Of a stretch of 58,171 bases of DNA, positions 37,235-49,969 are shown piece by piece. The position numbers and the translations under genes are program-made. Numbering within the stretch: the first letter of the stretch is position 1; every line of letters starts with the position of its first letter. Source of the stretch: Chiloscyllium plagiosum (taxonomy: Eukaryota); NCBI RefSeq assembly GCF_004010195.1, contig NC_057750.1, forward strand, positions 10,289,132 through 10,347,302, in the 5' to 3' direction. The notes below the pieces were generated by a model, which saw nothing but the letters and a program-made list of their open reading frames with translations, was not told the DNA's origin and did not search any database.

Positions 37235-37746
37235 AAGTGATGTTGTGAAACTTGAAAGGGTTCAGAAATGAATTACAAGGATGTTGCCAGGGTTGGAGGA
37301 TCTGAGCTACAGGGAGAGGTTGAATAGGCTGGGGCTATTTTCCCTGGAGCGTCAGAGGCTGAGGGGTGACCTTATAGAGGTTTATAAAATCATGAGGGGC
37401 ATGGATAGGATAAATAGGCAAAGTCTTTTCCCTGGGGTTGGGGGAGTCCAGAACTAGAAGGCATAGGTTTAGGGTGAGAGGGGAAAGATATAAAAGAGAC
37501 CAAAGGGGCAATTTTTTCATGCAGAGGGTGGTATGTGTGTGGAATGAGCTGCCAGGGGATGTGGTGGAGGCTGGTACAATTGCAACATTTAAGAGGCATC
37601 TGGATGGAGATATGTAAAGGAAGGGTTTGGAGGGCCGGGTGCTGGCAGGTGGGACTAGATTGGGTTGGGTTATCTGGTCGGCATGGACAAGTTGGACCGA
37701 AGGGTCTGTTTTTGTGCTGTACATCTCTGTGACTCTATGACTCTAA
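37235..37746 (+). mobile_element. HER1/CR1 LINE 3' fragment
   Basis: Typical CR1 C-terminus and (ctctatga) tail. Confidence 0.88.
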
Positions 37747-38789
37747 GTGGGTATTGGGAAAATGGGGGATTAGAAACAAGCTCATTTGGATTCTGTGAGA
37801 TCACTGCTCCCTCTCACTGTCACAGGCTGTGATCCACCGGAAATATGAGTAGTCAGCTTTGTCACTATTTCTGTTCTCTCCTGTTCCCTTCTTATGGCTC
37901 ACTGCTTTATAAATAGCACTGGCTGCAATAAATAGGACAAAGTGAATCTCTTGGAGTGCTGTGTCTGCGCCTGCAGCTCATTCGCTGCTTTGCCTGTCCT
38001 CTGGTGACTTAATTTACTATTGTCAAACAGCACAGCGCAGAGCTATGTGACAGGGGACAGAGTTCAGCACCTGCACATTGAGGGGGTGGGTGAGGGGTTT
38101 ATTCATCCACTCGGTGGAAGGGGGAGACAGCAGGGGCAGGGGGTTGGGGAGGGAAGGGTCACGTCTGACGTGTTTGTGCAATTTATTTCTTGCAATGTGT
38201 CAACACTCCTTTGCTCAGCAGCAGCCACAGTTAGGAAGTGATATCAATCCATGGGAATTAGGAGTAGGTTAGGCCCTCAGTCCTGCTCCTGTGGTGATGG
38301 TTGATCTGATGTGGCCTTAACCCCACCTTTCCTCGCCCTAACCTATCAGTCTCTTGTCAATCAAAATTCTATCGAACTCAGCCTTGAATTCCTTCAATAT
38401 ACAGGGAAGGAATGGAGCACATCTAGAATCCCTACACTGTGGATGCAGGCCATTTGGCCCATCGGGTCCATACTGACCCTCTGAAGAGCATCCCACCCAG
38501 CCCCACCCTACTACGCTATTTCTGTAGCCCTACACTTCCCATGGTTAATCCATTTAGCCTGCGCATACTGGACACTGTGGGCAATTTAGCATGGCCAATC
38601 GTTTGGACTGTGGGAGGAAACCAGAGTACCCTGAGGAAATACATGCAGACACGGGGAAACTCCATACACTCGCCTGAGGCTGGAATGTTCAGGGGCTAGG
38701 GGCTCCACTCCCACTATGGTTGATGGCGAAATTTGAATTCAATGAATTTCTGGAATTATCCAAAAGCTAATCTAATGGCAACCACATAA

Positions 38790-41097
38790 CATAGAATCTT
38801 ACAAAATAGGAACAGGAATAAGCCGTTCAGCCCTTCGAGCCAGCTCTGCCTTTCAATATCATCATTCAACTCAATCCCCTGTTCACATTTTCTTCCTATA
38901 CCCTTTGATCCCATTAGCAGGGGAACTGTAACTTCTGCTTGAAAACAGTCAGTGTTTGGCCTCAACTGCTTTCTGTGGCAGAGAATTCCACAGGCTCCCC
39001 ACTCTCTGGTGAAGACATTTCTCCTCGCCCTGGAGACAGAGTACTGAAGAAGACATTTGGTACACTTGCCTCTATTGGTCAGTGCACTGAGTATATGAGT
39101 TGGGAGGACATATTGAGGCTGTACAGGACATTGGTTAGGCCATTTTTGGAATACAATGCTGAATTCTGATGTCCTTTACCATAGGAAAGATATTGTTAAA
39201 CTTGAAATGGTTCAGAAAATATTAACAAGGATGTTGCCAGGGTTTGAACTATAGGGAGAGACTGAATAGGCTGGGGCTATGATCCCTGGAGCATTGGAGG
39301 CTGAAGGGTGACCTTATAGAGGTTTTTAAAATCATGAGGGGCATGGATGAGATGGATAGTCAAGGTCTTTTTCACAGGGTAGGAGAGTCTAAAATTAGAG
39401 GGCATAGAATCATAGATTCATAAAGATGCACAGTACGGAAACAGACCCTTCTGTCCAACTCATCCATACTGACCAGATATCCCAACCCAATCTAGTCCCA
39501 CCTGCCAGCACCCGGCCCATATTCCTCCAAACTTTCTTACTCATATACCCATCCAGATCCCCTCCAAACTTTCTTACTCATATACCCATCCAGATCCCTT
39601 TTAAATGTTGCAATTGTACCAGCCTCCACCACTTCCTATGGCAGCTCATTCCATACCACCCTCTGCATGAAAAGGTTGTCCTTTAGGTCTCTTTTATATC
39701 TTTCCCCTCTCACCCTAAACCTATGCCCTCTACTTCTGGATTCCCCGACCCCAGGGAAAAGATTTTGCCTATTTATCCGATCCATGACCCTCATGATTTT
39801 ATAAACCTCTATATGGTCACCCCTCAGCCTCCGACGCTCCATGGAAAACAGCCCTAGCTTTTTCAACCTCCCCCTATAGCTCAAATGCTCCAATCCTGGC
39901 AACGTCCTTGTAAATCTTTTCTGAACCCTTTCAAGTTTCACAACATCTTTCCAAAAGGAAGGCGACCAGAATTGCACGCAATATTCCAACAGTGGCCTAA
40001 CCAATGTTCTGTACAGCCACAATATGACCTCCCAACTCCTGTACTCCATTCTCTGATCAATAGGTTTAAGGTGAGAGGGTAAAGATTTAAAAGGGACCTT
40101 AGGGGCAACTGTTTCACATAGAGGATGGTGCATGTATACAACGTGCTTGGCATGCACGTATGCACTTGACCTACCTTTACTTGCTCATTCATAGGATGTC
40201 AATGCCACTGGCAATCCCCAGCATCTATTGCCCATCCCTAAGTGCCCTCCTGGTGGCGAACCACCCTCTTAACACAAAATGTACTTTTGAGTCAACCCAT
40301 GGAGACCAAATCGGGTAAAAAGGGCAGATTTCCTTCCCAAAAAAGGGCCTTAGTGAATCAGATGGTTTTATAATAATTGACAATGATTATCTTGAAACCT
40401 ATAAAATTCCAACAGGGCTAGACAAAGTAAAAGCAGGAAGGATGTTCCCGATGACCAAGGAGTCCAGAAACAAGGGTCATAGAGACATAGAGTCATAGAG
40501 ATGGGACAGCATGGAAACAGACCCTTCAGTCCAACTTGTCCATGCCGACTAGATATCCTAAATTCATTTAGTCCCATTTGCCAGCATTTGGCCCATATCC
40601 CTCCAAACCCTTCCTATCCATGTAGCCATCCAGTTGCCTTTTAAATGCTGTAATTATAGCATTTAAAATAGCTCCAGCCTATTCAGCCTCTCCCTATTGA
40701 ACAAACCCTCCAACCCCGACAATGTCCATGTAAATCTTTTCCGAACCCTTTCAAGTTTCACAACATCCCTCCTATAGTAAGGAGACCAGGATTAAACGCA
40801 GTATTCCAATAGTGGGCTCACCGGTGTCCTGTACAGCTGCAACATGACCTCCCAACTCCTATATTCAATGCACTGACTAATAAAGGCAAGCATACAAAAG
40901 CCTTCTTCATTATACTATCCAACTGTGATTCCACTTTCAAGGAACTATGAACTTGCACTCCAAGGTCTCTTTGTTCAGCAACACTCCCCAGGACCATATC
41001 ATTAAGTGTATAAGTCCTGCCCTGAATTGCCTTTCCAAAACGCAAAACCTCACATTTATTTAAATTAAACTCCATCTGCCACTCCTTGGCCCATTCA
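38790..41097. mobile_element. Cluster of nested CR1/HER1 fragments in both orientations
   Basis: LYRTLVRPLLEYCVQFWSP...LERVQKRFTR (minus 39636-40060); MEFNLNKCEVLRFG...RDLGVQV (minus 40818-41075). Confidence 0.85.
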
Positions 41098-41319
41098 TCA
41101 ATATCCTTATAACACAGTCTGTATGTTCCTCATGGTATAGGTTTTATGTCTCTCTGCCTGTAGCTCTGTGCTGCAGCCTGTCTCACTCTGATCCCAGATC
41201 CAATTCCTCCTCACGACCTGACTGTGTCCACTCCTGGATAAATTCAATTCTCTTTCTAGTTTATTATTTCTGTCAGCTGTGGCTCAGTGGTAGACTTCCC
41301 ACCTTTGAGATGAAGGACA

Positions 41320-43670
41320 AACTTGGTGGATGCACCTGTAGTAATCTTCCAGGAATTTCTAGATTCTGGAAAAGTTTCAGAGGGTTGGTAAACTGTAAAT
41401 GTAACACTTTTTTACTTAAAAAGAGGAGGAAACAACAAAAAGCAGTTTAACAGTAGGGCAGTTAATTTAATCTCTGTTATTTGGAAAATGTTAGGGTCTA
41501 TAAATGATATAATAGCATTTAGAGCATTTAGAAATGCAAGCTATGATCAGGAAGACTTAGTATGGTTGCACGAAGAGAAATCATGCCTGACAAATTTACT
41601 GGAATTCTTTGACTTGATAAACAAGCAGTATGGATAAAGGGGAAGCACCGGTATAATTCATTTGGATTTTCAGACAGTGTTTGATAAGGTGCCACACATA
41701 AGGTTACTTAATAAGGTGTTGTAGAGCATTTGCACAGATAGGAAATTGGCTAAGACAGGGATGGGGGGGGCATTTTCAGGATGACAACTAGTGGAGTCCC
41801 ACAGGAATCAGTTCTGGGCCAAAATTGTTTAAGATATATGTTAATGGCTTGGATGGGGAAGGTGAATGCTGGCATGGTGGCTCAGTGGTTAGCACTGCTG
41901 CCTCACAGCGCCAGGTACCCGGGTTTGATTCCAGCCTCGGGTGACTGTCTGTGTGGAGATTGCTCGTTCTCCCCGTGTCTGCGTGCGTTTCTTCCTGGTG
42001 CTCCGGTTTCCTCCCACAGTCCAAAGTTGTGAATTGGCCATGCTAAATTGTCCGTAGTGTTCAGAGATGTTTAGGTTAGGGGCATTATTCATGGGAAATG
42101 TAGAGTAATAGGTTAGGGTTGTGGGTCTGGGTGGGATACTCTTCGGAGGATCGGTGTGGACTTGTTGGGTTGAATGGCCTGTTACCACACTGTAGGGATT
42201 TGATGAATGTTTGTGGATGACACAAAAATTGCTGGGAGGTGGGTGACAGAAAGAGTCCGCTGCAGGCTACAGAAAGGTTAAATAAGTGCACAAAAGCTTG
42301 GCAGATGGAATATAATGTGGGAAATTGTGATGTCATGCACTTTGGATGGAAGAATAGAGGAGCTGAATATTATTTAAATGGAGAACGATTGCAGAAAGTG
42401 ACAGCACAGAGGGATTTGGAAGTCTTTGTGAATGAATTGCAAAAAGCTAACATCCAGTTCAGTGGGTAATAGGGAAAGCAAATATAAAATATTGGATTTT
42501 ATTTCAAGGAATGAAATATATAAATAGGGAAATTTGTTCAAACTATGCAAGGCAATAGTCAGACCACAGTGGGAATATGTGAACAGTTTTGTGCCCCTTT
42601 TCTAAGGAAAGATATGCTGGCATTGGAGGCAGTCCAGAGAAGGTTCATAATACTGACACCAGGTATAGAAGGATTGTCTTATGGGAAGAGGTTAAGTAGG
42701 TTGGGTTTTTACACATAAGAATATAGAAAAATGAGAGGAGACCCTGTTGAATATACAGGCTTCTTAGGAGGCTTGATAGGGTAGTTGTAGAAAGGGAATG
42801 TCTAGGAACCAGAGGGCATAATCTCAGAATAATTGAATTGAATTGAATTGAATTTATTGTCATGTGTACTGAGGCACAGTGAAAAGCTTTGTCTTGCAGG
42901 CAGATCACAGAGTAAAGCAGCATAGATAAGTAAATAATAGATAAACAGCAGCAAAAATAAACACAGGTACAGGTGAATGTTAAGAGTTTGTGAATCCATT
43001 CAGTATTCTAACAACAGTAGGGTAGAAACTGTTACAAAACCGCTGATGTGTGTGTGTTCAGGCTTCTGTACCTTCTCCCTGATGGTAGAGGTTGTAGAAA
43101 AACATTGCCAGGGTGGGATGGATCTTTGAGAATGCTGGCGGCCTTTCCTTGGCAACGGGCCTGGTAGATGGATTATGTAGATGGGAGGTTGGCCTTTGTG
43201 ATTGTCTGGGCCGAGTTCACCACTCTGTGTAACCATCTCCGATCTTGAATGGTACAGTTGCCATACCAGGTAGTGATACATCCAGACAGAATGCTCTTGA
43301 TGGCGCACTTATAAAAGTTGGCGAGGGTATTCACCGTCATGCCAAATTTCCTCAGCTGCCTGAGGAAGAAGAGACCTTGTTGGGGCTTTGTAACCGGTGC
43401 GTCCACATGTAAGGGATTACCTGTTTAAGATAGAGGGATTTCTTCTTTCAGGGAATTACGGAAATCTTTATCACAGAGGGCTATTAAGACTGGGTCATTA
43501 AGTATAGTCAAGGCTGAGATACAGATTTTCAATCAGTGAGAGAATAAAGGGTCATGGGGAAAAGGCAGGGAAGTGGAATTGGGGATTATCAGGTCAGCCA
43601 TGATCTCATTGAATGGTGGTACGGACTCGATGGGCTGAATGGCCTATATCTGCTTCTATGCCTTTTGGTC
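41320..43670 (+). mobile_element. Degenerate CR1 reverse-transcriptase region, interrupted by HE1 (41870-42203) and Rex1/Babar (42831-43408)
   Basis: SGVPQESVLG, FVDDTK, WQMEYNVGNCDVMHFG motifs. Confidence 0.82.
42831..43408 (-). mobile_element. Rex1/Babar LINE 3' part with (caatt)n tail
   Basis: QQGLFFLRQLRKFGM...NFYKCAIKSILSGCITTWYGNC...LHRVVNSAQ. Confidence 0.85.
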
Positions 43671-43712
43671 TCATGTTGTTTAGTTTCAAATCCTGTTTCA
43701 AAACCTGAGCAC

Positions 43713-43772
43713 AGCAGAGTGGCGTGGTGATAGCTTGCTGGGCCCATAACCCAGAGGTTGGTGCATCTGCTC
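43713..43772 (+). pseudogene. Initiator tRNA-Met (CAT) pseudogene, T-arm largely deleted
   Basis: AGCAGAGTGGCG...TGCTGGGCCCATAACCCAGAGGT matches vertebrate tRNA-iMet, including the three G-C pairs of the anticodon stem. Confidence 0.8.
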
Positions 43773-43792
43773 ACTGTGCCAGTGTTCTGTGG

Positions 43793-43874
43793 GACAAGAC
43801 ATCTGAGAGGTCAAGACGATGAGCTGCTGATCCCTTGTGCTTTGCACGCATGGGTTTGAATCCTATTCTCGTTG
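43793..43874 (+). pseudogene. tRNA-Ser(GCT) pseudogene
   Basis: 82 nt colinear with vertebrate tRNA-Ser(GCT): GAC.AG...GATG..CTGCT.ATCC.TTGTGCTTTGCACGC.TGGGTT.GAATCC.AT.CTCGT.G; many substitutions. Confidence 0.8.
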
Positions 43875-44504
43875 CTGCTTTAGGAAGCGCTTGATGGGTG
43901 CAGGTTTGTCCAATCCCTACATGTGTTTCTGCTTGTAAGGTGGCACAGTGGTTAGCACTGCTGCCTCATTTAAAATTAACCATTGCATTTCCAACATTGT
44001 AATGGTGACTACACTTCAAAAAACACTTCATTGGCAGTGAAGTGTTTTACGTGGTCCAGTGCAACTGAAAAGTGCTACATAAATGCGCATCTTTACTTCT
44101 TTTCACTCCTTGTTGGTTTTCCATATTCTACTCTCTCTGAAATTAAGGTTAGCCAAAACTCCGTTCTTATACCCACCAAGTCTCGTTCACCCATCACCCT
44201 CTCTGCTCACTGATATTAGTTCCACCTTGATTTTAAAATTCTCATCTTTAATTTTCAATCGCTTTGTGGCCTTGCCCCATCCCTATCTCTGTAATCTCCA
44301 CAGCCCCACAACTCACCAAATCTCTGTGCTCCTCAAAAGCCTATCTTTCTGGCCAAAGTTTTGGTTATCTGCCTAAGTGCCTCCTTAAATATCTCGGTGT
44401 CAAGTTTTGCCTGACATTACTTCTGTGAAGTACCTTGGGACTTTTTATTATATTGCAGACACCACATAAATACAAGTTGTTGTCGTTGTATGTCTCAGCA
44501 TCTT

Positions 44505-44645
44505 CTAGGTAAAAACAAGGACTGCAGATGCTGGAAACCAGAGTCTAGATTAGAGTGGTGCTGGAAAAGCACAGCAGGTCAGGCAGCATCCGAGAAGCAG
44601 GAAAATCGACATTTCGGGCAAACACCCTTCATCAAGAATAGAGGA
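44505..44645 (-). mobile_element. Solo Penelope-like terminal repeat with 15-bp TSD
   Basis: atgtctcagcatctt at 44490-44504 and 44646-44660. Confidence 0.72.
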
Positions 44646-44664
44646 ATGTCTCAGCATCTTGCCT

Positions 44665-45300
44665 GCATGTGTCTCTCTCTGTGTACTGCAGCCTGTTTGT
44701 CTCTGTACTGCAGGTTGTGTCTGTCTGTAATAGTGTTTGTACTAGCGTGAATCTCTCCCCTAGTGCGTGTGTGTACTACAATGTGCCTCTCTGTACTACA
44801 GTGTCTATACTGCAGTGTGTCTGTCTAGACTGCAGTGTCTCTGCCTCTCTGTACTGCAGTGTTGTCTTTGCATTGCAGTCATGTCTCTGACTATACTGCA
44901 GCCTGTGTGTGACTCTCTGTATTGCAATGTTTATATTTCTCTGTACCAAGTAATGCAGACATGTAAGCTGCAGTACTTAGAGACGCATACAACCAGTGTG
45001 ATTCTGTCTTAGCCTGCCTGTGGGTGGGTGTCTCTCTGTAGCATCCAGTTTCTCTCTACTAGATCCTGTGTGTTTCTTTGCTGCACAGTGTCTCTGATGT
45101 TTGTCTTTCTCTGTTGCATGTATGTGTTTCTATCTGTTAAACCCTGCGTGTTGTCTCTCCCTCTTGTACCGTCTCTGTTGCACACTGCGTGTTGTCTCTC
45201 CCTCTCACTGCACCCTGCGTATGTCTCTCTCTGATGCACCGTGTGTGTCCCTTTCGCTCTGTTGCACCCTGCGTGTGTCCCACTCTGTTGCATCCTGCGT
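44665..45300. repeat. Degenerate ~22-26 bp tandem repeats (ctctgtactgcagtgtgtgt / ctctgttgcaccctgcgtgtgt)
   Basis: Recurring units visible directly. Confidence 0.65.
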
Positions 45301-46084
45301 GGAATCTCTCTTACGTTCTCCTGTTTCTCATGGTAGAGAGAGAGGGGGGGCCGCTCCACCCACGCACGCTGCGCCGTGCTGCTATGAATAACTACATTGA
45401 CGTGAAGGGGCCTGTGACGCTTTTATTTTTGTTGTTGTATTTTTGTCCACCTCCTGAAATGAGTCTTTGAGCTGAGAGCAATGCCAGCTATTAATAGAAG
45501 AAGCTGTTACAAAATGAGAAAAATGAACAGAGGTTAAAATAAAAGGCACAAACACGAGGTAACCAGGTGAAACAGCAAAGATATCGTCACACACATTTAC
45601 ACGTACAAACACGTATGCACATTTTACACTCAATCACTTACACACTGTTGAATACGTGCATTGATAAACACACAAACATACATGATTGCACCATTAAACA
45701 TACACATGCAAATACAGACGCACACACTTGGAAACAGGCACATACATGCACATCCTCACAGATGTACATATACACGGCTACTCACATCCGCCGATGAACG
45801 CTGGCATTTACATGCATACATATACTGATACACATTCACATAAAGACAGATCTTAAAGACACATGCATAGGGGAATGTATAAGTTAGATAGGTGCAAAAA
45901 GGGGATAGACAGACTGTGAGCTCAGGGTTATTGAATTCAGTGGTGACAAGTGTGAGATCGGCCAGTTTGAGTTCAAGTTGTTTATATCAGAATCAGAATG
46001 GTTATAAATACTTTAGAGAATCAAAAGAAATTTCCAAGTCTTAAGAACTCAAATCTTTAAAACAGTAGATGCACGCAAAATATA

Positions 46085-47365
46085 AAAGGTGGGGTTCATG
46101 GATACAGTGAGAAAGTGGGGCTCAGAGATACTGTGGAAAGTTGGATAATGTGAGATGGTGGGGTTCAGAAATACAGGGAGAAACTGGGGTTTATGGGAAA
46201 GTGAAAAGATGCCATTTATGGATACAATGAGAAACTGGGGTTCAGAGATAATGAGAAAGTGAGGATTGTGGGTTCAGTGAGAAAGTGATTTTTATGGGTA
46301 CAGCTAGAAAGTGAGGTTTATGGACACAGTAAAAAAAAGTGGGGCTTTGTTAGATTAGATTCCCTAAAGTGTGGAAACAGGCCATTTGGCCAAAGAAGTC
46401 CACACTCACCCTCCGAAGAGTAACCCACCTCGACTCATTTCCCCCTGACTAATACACTTAGCATAGCTAGTTCACCTGACCTGCACATCTTTGGATTGTG
46501 AGAGGAAACCCACACAGACATGGGGAGAATGTGCAAACTCCACACAAACAGATGCCTGAGGCAGGAATCAAACCCAGGTCGCTGGTGCTGTGAGGCTGCT
46601 GTGTGAACCACTGAGCCATCATGCCACCCTGGGCTCCTGGGCACAGTGTGAAAATGGGGTTCAGGGTTGCAGTGAGAAAGCAGGGTTTTTGGTAGTCAGA
46701 AAGTGGGGTCCAGAGAACTGTCTATGGGGTTCATAGACAGAGCAAGAAAGTTGGGCTCATAGATACAGTGAGAAATTGGGGTCTGATCATACAGTGGGAA
46801 AACAGGAATCATTGGTACAGAGAGAAAATGAAAGTAATGGATACAGTGAGAAACTATGGTTCATCAATACAGTAAGATAAAATGAGTAAGTACAATGAAA
46901 AAGCAGGATTATGGTTATAGTGAGAAAGTGGGTTCATTGGTGCAGGGAGAAACTGGGTTTCAGAAATACAATGAGAAATTGGACTTAATTGGGACAGTGA
47001 AAAACTGAGAGTCATTGATATGGTCACAGTGTGGGGTCTTTGAACAGTGAGAAAGAGGGGTTCAGATATACAGTGGGAAAGTGGTGTTTAATGAACAGTA
47101 AAAAGTGGGGTTTACTGGTACAATGAGAATATGGGCTTCATAAGTACAGTGAGAAAGCGAGGTACCGAGATATAGCGGGGTAAGTGGGTTTAGAAATACG
47201 GTGGAAAAAGTGATTTTTATGTCTACACCAAAAAGTGAGGTTAATGGATAAAGTAAGTTGCAATGGGGAAAGTGAGGTCCATGGATATAATGAGAACATG
47301 GGGCTAATAGATGCAGTGGGAAATTGGGGGTGCAAATATACAGAGAGAAGGCAGGATTCATGGCA
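46085..47365. repeat. Degenerate ~26-bp satellite (gatacagtgagaaagtggggttcat), interrupted by HE1 (46350-46628, minus)
   Basis: Dozens of acagtgagaaa cores at ~26-bp spacing; array resumes at 48280-48860. Confidence 0.8.
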
Positions 47366-47489
47366 TTATTGACATCCAGCATTATGTTTAAAAAAAACTT
47401 TAAGGAGAATAAGAATTTGGAAGAGTGGGGCTAGATGGGTGGATAATAGAATGATTTCCTAGTAAGCTGAGTTGTTAAACCCACTGTTG

Positions 47490-47728
47490 GGAAAGATTTC
47501 ATGGTCTTCTTTGAATTTGTGTTGGATAATTTCTCCTGGTGCACTGGATCAATATTTATCCCTCTGCCACCAATATGAATAAACTGATCATTTATCTTAT
47601 TGTTGGTTCTGGCCTTTTGCTGCACAGAATTAGCTGCCACAGTTTCACAATTACTAAGCAGCTGTACTTCAAAAAGTAGTTTCTTATCTGTGAAGCACTT
47701 TAAGGATGTAAAAAATACTATAAAGTGT
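47490..47728 (+). mobile_element. DeuSINE remnant
   Basis: caatatttatccctc...ttagctgcc...tacttcaaaaagta...gtgaagcacttt. Confidence 0.6.
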
Positions 47729-47954
47729 ACTGTGATGTTGGAATTTTGTAGGCAGGAGCAGGCAAAAATATTGAGCTGATTGGCCTTTGGCACTCAGTGT
47801 TTGCATGTTCACGAATATTTTGCTTAGGTGGGAAAAATCTTTTAAAACCTAACGCAATTCTTTCCTTCCTGAAGGAAGCCTTCTTCTTTAGATGGCATAG
47901 TCTAAAATATTTGGAAACCCCAGTCTGAGCAAAGCACCCTTTGGAAGCAAACTT

Positions 47955-48277
47955 GGGTGCAAGTGGTTAGCGCTGCTCCCTCACTGCTGTCCTTGGTCTG
48001 AGTTCAATTCCAACCTTGGCCGACTGACTGTGTGGAGTTTGCACATTCTCTTTGTGTCTGCGTGGGTTTCCTCTGGGTGCTCCAGTTTCCTCCCACAGTC
48101 CAAAGATACACAAGTCAGGTGGATTGCCCTTTGTGTTTGGGAATGTAAAGGCTAAGTGGATTATGCATGGGAAATGCAGGGTTATACAGGTGGGGTAGGG
48201 GGTGTAGGATGCTCTGCGATGGGTTGGTGTGGACTCGATTTACCGAATGGTCTGCTTCCACAATGTAGGAAATCTAT
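47955..48277 (+). mobile_element. HE1 SINE
   Basis: B box and V-domain. Confidence 0.8.
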
Positions 48278-48279
48278 AA

Positions 48280-48860
48280 GTACAGTGAGAAAGTGGGATT
48301 ATTGATACAGTGAGAAATTGGGAGTCGCAGGATTAGTGAGAAATTGGGGTCTTTGAATACACTGAGAAAGTAGGATTGACAGATTCCGTGACAAAAAGGG
48401 GCTCTTTGAAACAGTGAGAAAGTGGGGGTTATCGATACAATCAGAGAATGAGGTTCATTGATACATTGAGAAAGTGGGGTCTAGGAATACATTGAGAAAA
48501 TGGTGTTTATTGATTATATTGAGAAAGTGGGGTTCAGACATAAAATAATAAAGTGGGGCTTATGGATACAATGAGAAATTGGGATTCATAGATATAGCCA
48601 GAGAGTGGGATTTATGGTTACAATGCAAAAGTGGGGTCCATAGGTATCGTGATAAAGTGAGGTTTGTGGCTACACTGGGAAAGTGTTGTTCATGGGTGTG
48701 GGGAGAAAGTGGTGTTTATAGATATAGTGAGAAAGTGTTGTTCTTGATTAGGTTACAAACGTGAATGTATAAATACAGGAAAGAATGTGGGGTTTATGGA
48801 GAGAGTATGAAAGCGTGTTTTATAAATACAGTAAGAAAAGTGTGGTTAGCCAATGCAGGG
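48280..48860. repeat. Second block of the ~26-bp satellite
   Basis: Same unit as 46085-47365. Confidence 0.78.
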
Positions 48861-49969
48861 TTTCAATTGGGCCGATTCCTGAATCTTTGGGCAACTTCTG
48901 CTACGATGCAGCAATATTTAGAAGTATCTGCTGTGGAAGATGTTGTAGGTGTCTTGTTACCTTCTCATTACTACTGGGCCTTTTCAACGGTTGAAGGTTA
49001 TCAGATTGTTCCCCCAGGTTGTTGAACTGTGGGAGGTTTTAAGCTTGATGACGTTACTGGAACTGATATTGGGATTCAGTCAATTAAAAGCAAGATCCAA
49101 ACCCATTATAAGAAATTGTGAAATGTTCCAGAGTTTTGCTGTGGCTTCGGTCTCTGTGCATGGTTTAATCTACTCAGAAATCAATTGCGTTGGTGTTAGA
49201 TACTTCCTGTTGGACACAGTTCTCCAGTGCAGCTTTCTGTATATTTCCTTTTTGATAAAACCCACAGTGTGACTTAATCTATCTCCAAACAGCTAGCTTA
49301 AGTCACACTACTCAGCAAGTAATTGATCTCACAACTGATTACGACCCTGAACAGTGTGTAATCAACAGCCGACTTCCCCACTTACAACCTCCTGATAAAA
49401 GTAAAGTCGTCGCTGAAGCAACTGAAGATGGTTGGACCCATAACACTCCCCTGAATAACACCTCCTGCAGTAAAGCTGGGGACTGATATCCAGAAATTGG
49501 CCTTCAATAACAAAACCATCTTCCTACGCTCCAGGTATGTCTCCAACAAATGGAGAGTTTTCCTCCTGATTCTCAATGACTCCAGGTTGGCGACGGGCCC
49601 TTAATGCTACACTCGTTCGAATGCAATCTTGATGTCAGGAGCCATCCTTCTCACTTCACATCTGGAATTCTGCTCTTTTGTCCATGTTTGAACCAAGGCT
49701 GTAACAAAGCCAGGAGCAAAGTGGCACTGGCGTAACCCAAACTCCGTGTCAATGAGCAGAGCGATATTACCGTGCAACGTTGTTTAATAGCACTGTCAAG
49801 GACCTGCTCCATTACTGATGATTGAGAGTACAGCAGTAATGGGCGGTAACTGGTGGTTTGGGCTTGTCCTATATTTCATGGACAGTACAAACCTGGACAG
49901 TTGTCCACTTTGCTGGTTAGATGCCAGTGTTGTAGTTGTACTGGGACCGCTTTGCTAGGACTACAACAA

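Noticed and set aside
48860..49290. Protein-like minus-strand translation in unique sequence
   Set aside because: About six stops in ~145 codons, close to chance expectation; worth revisiting only if the neighbouring candidate gene is confirmed.
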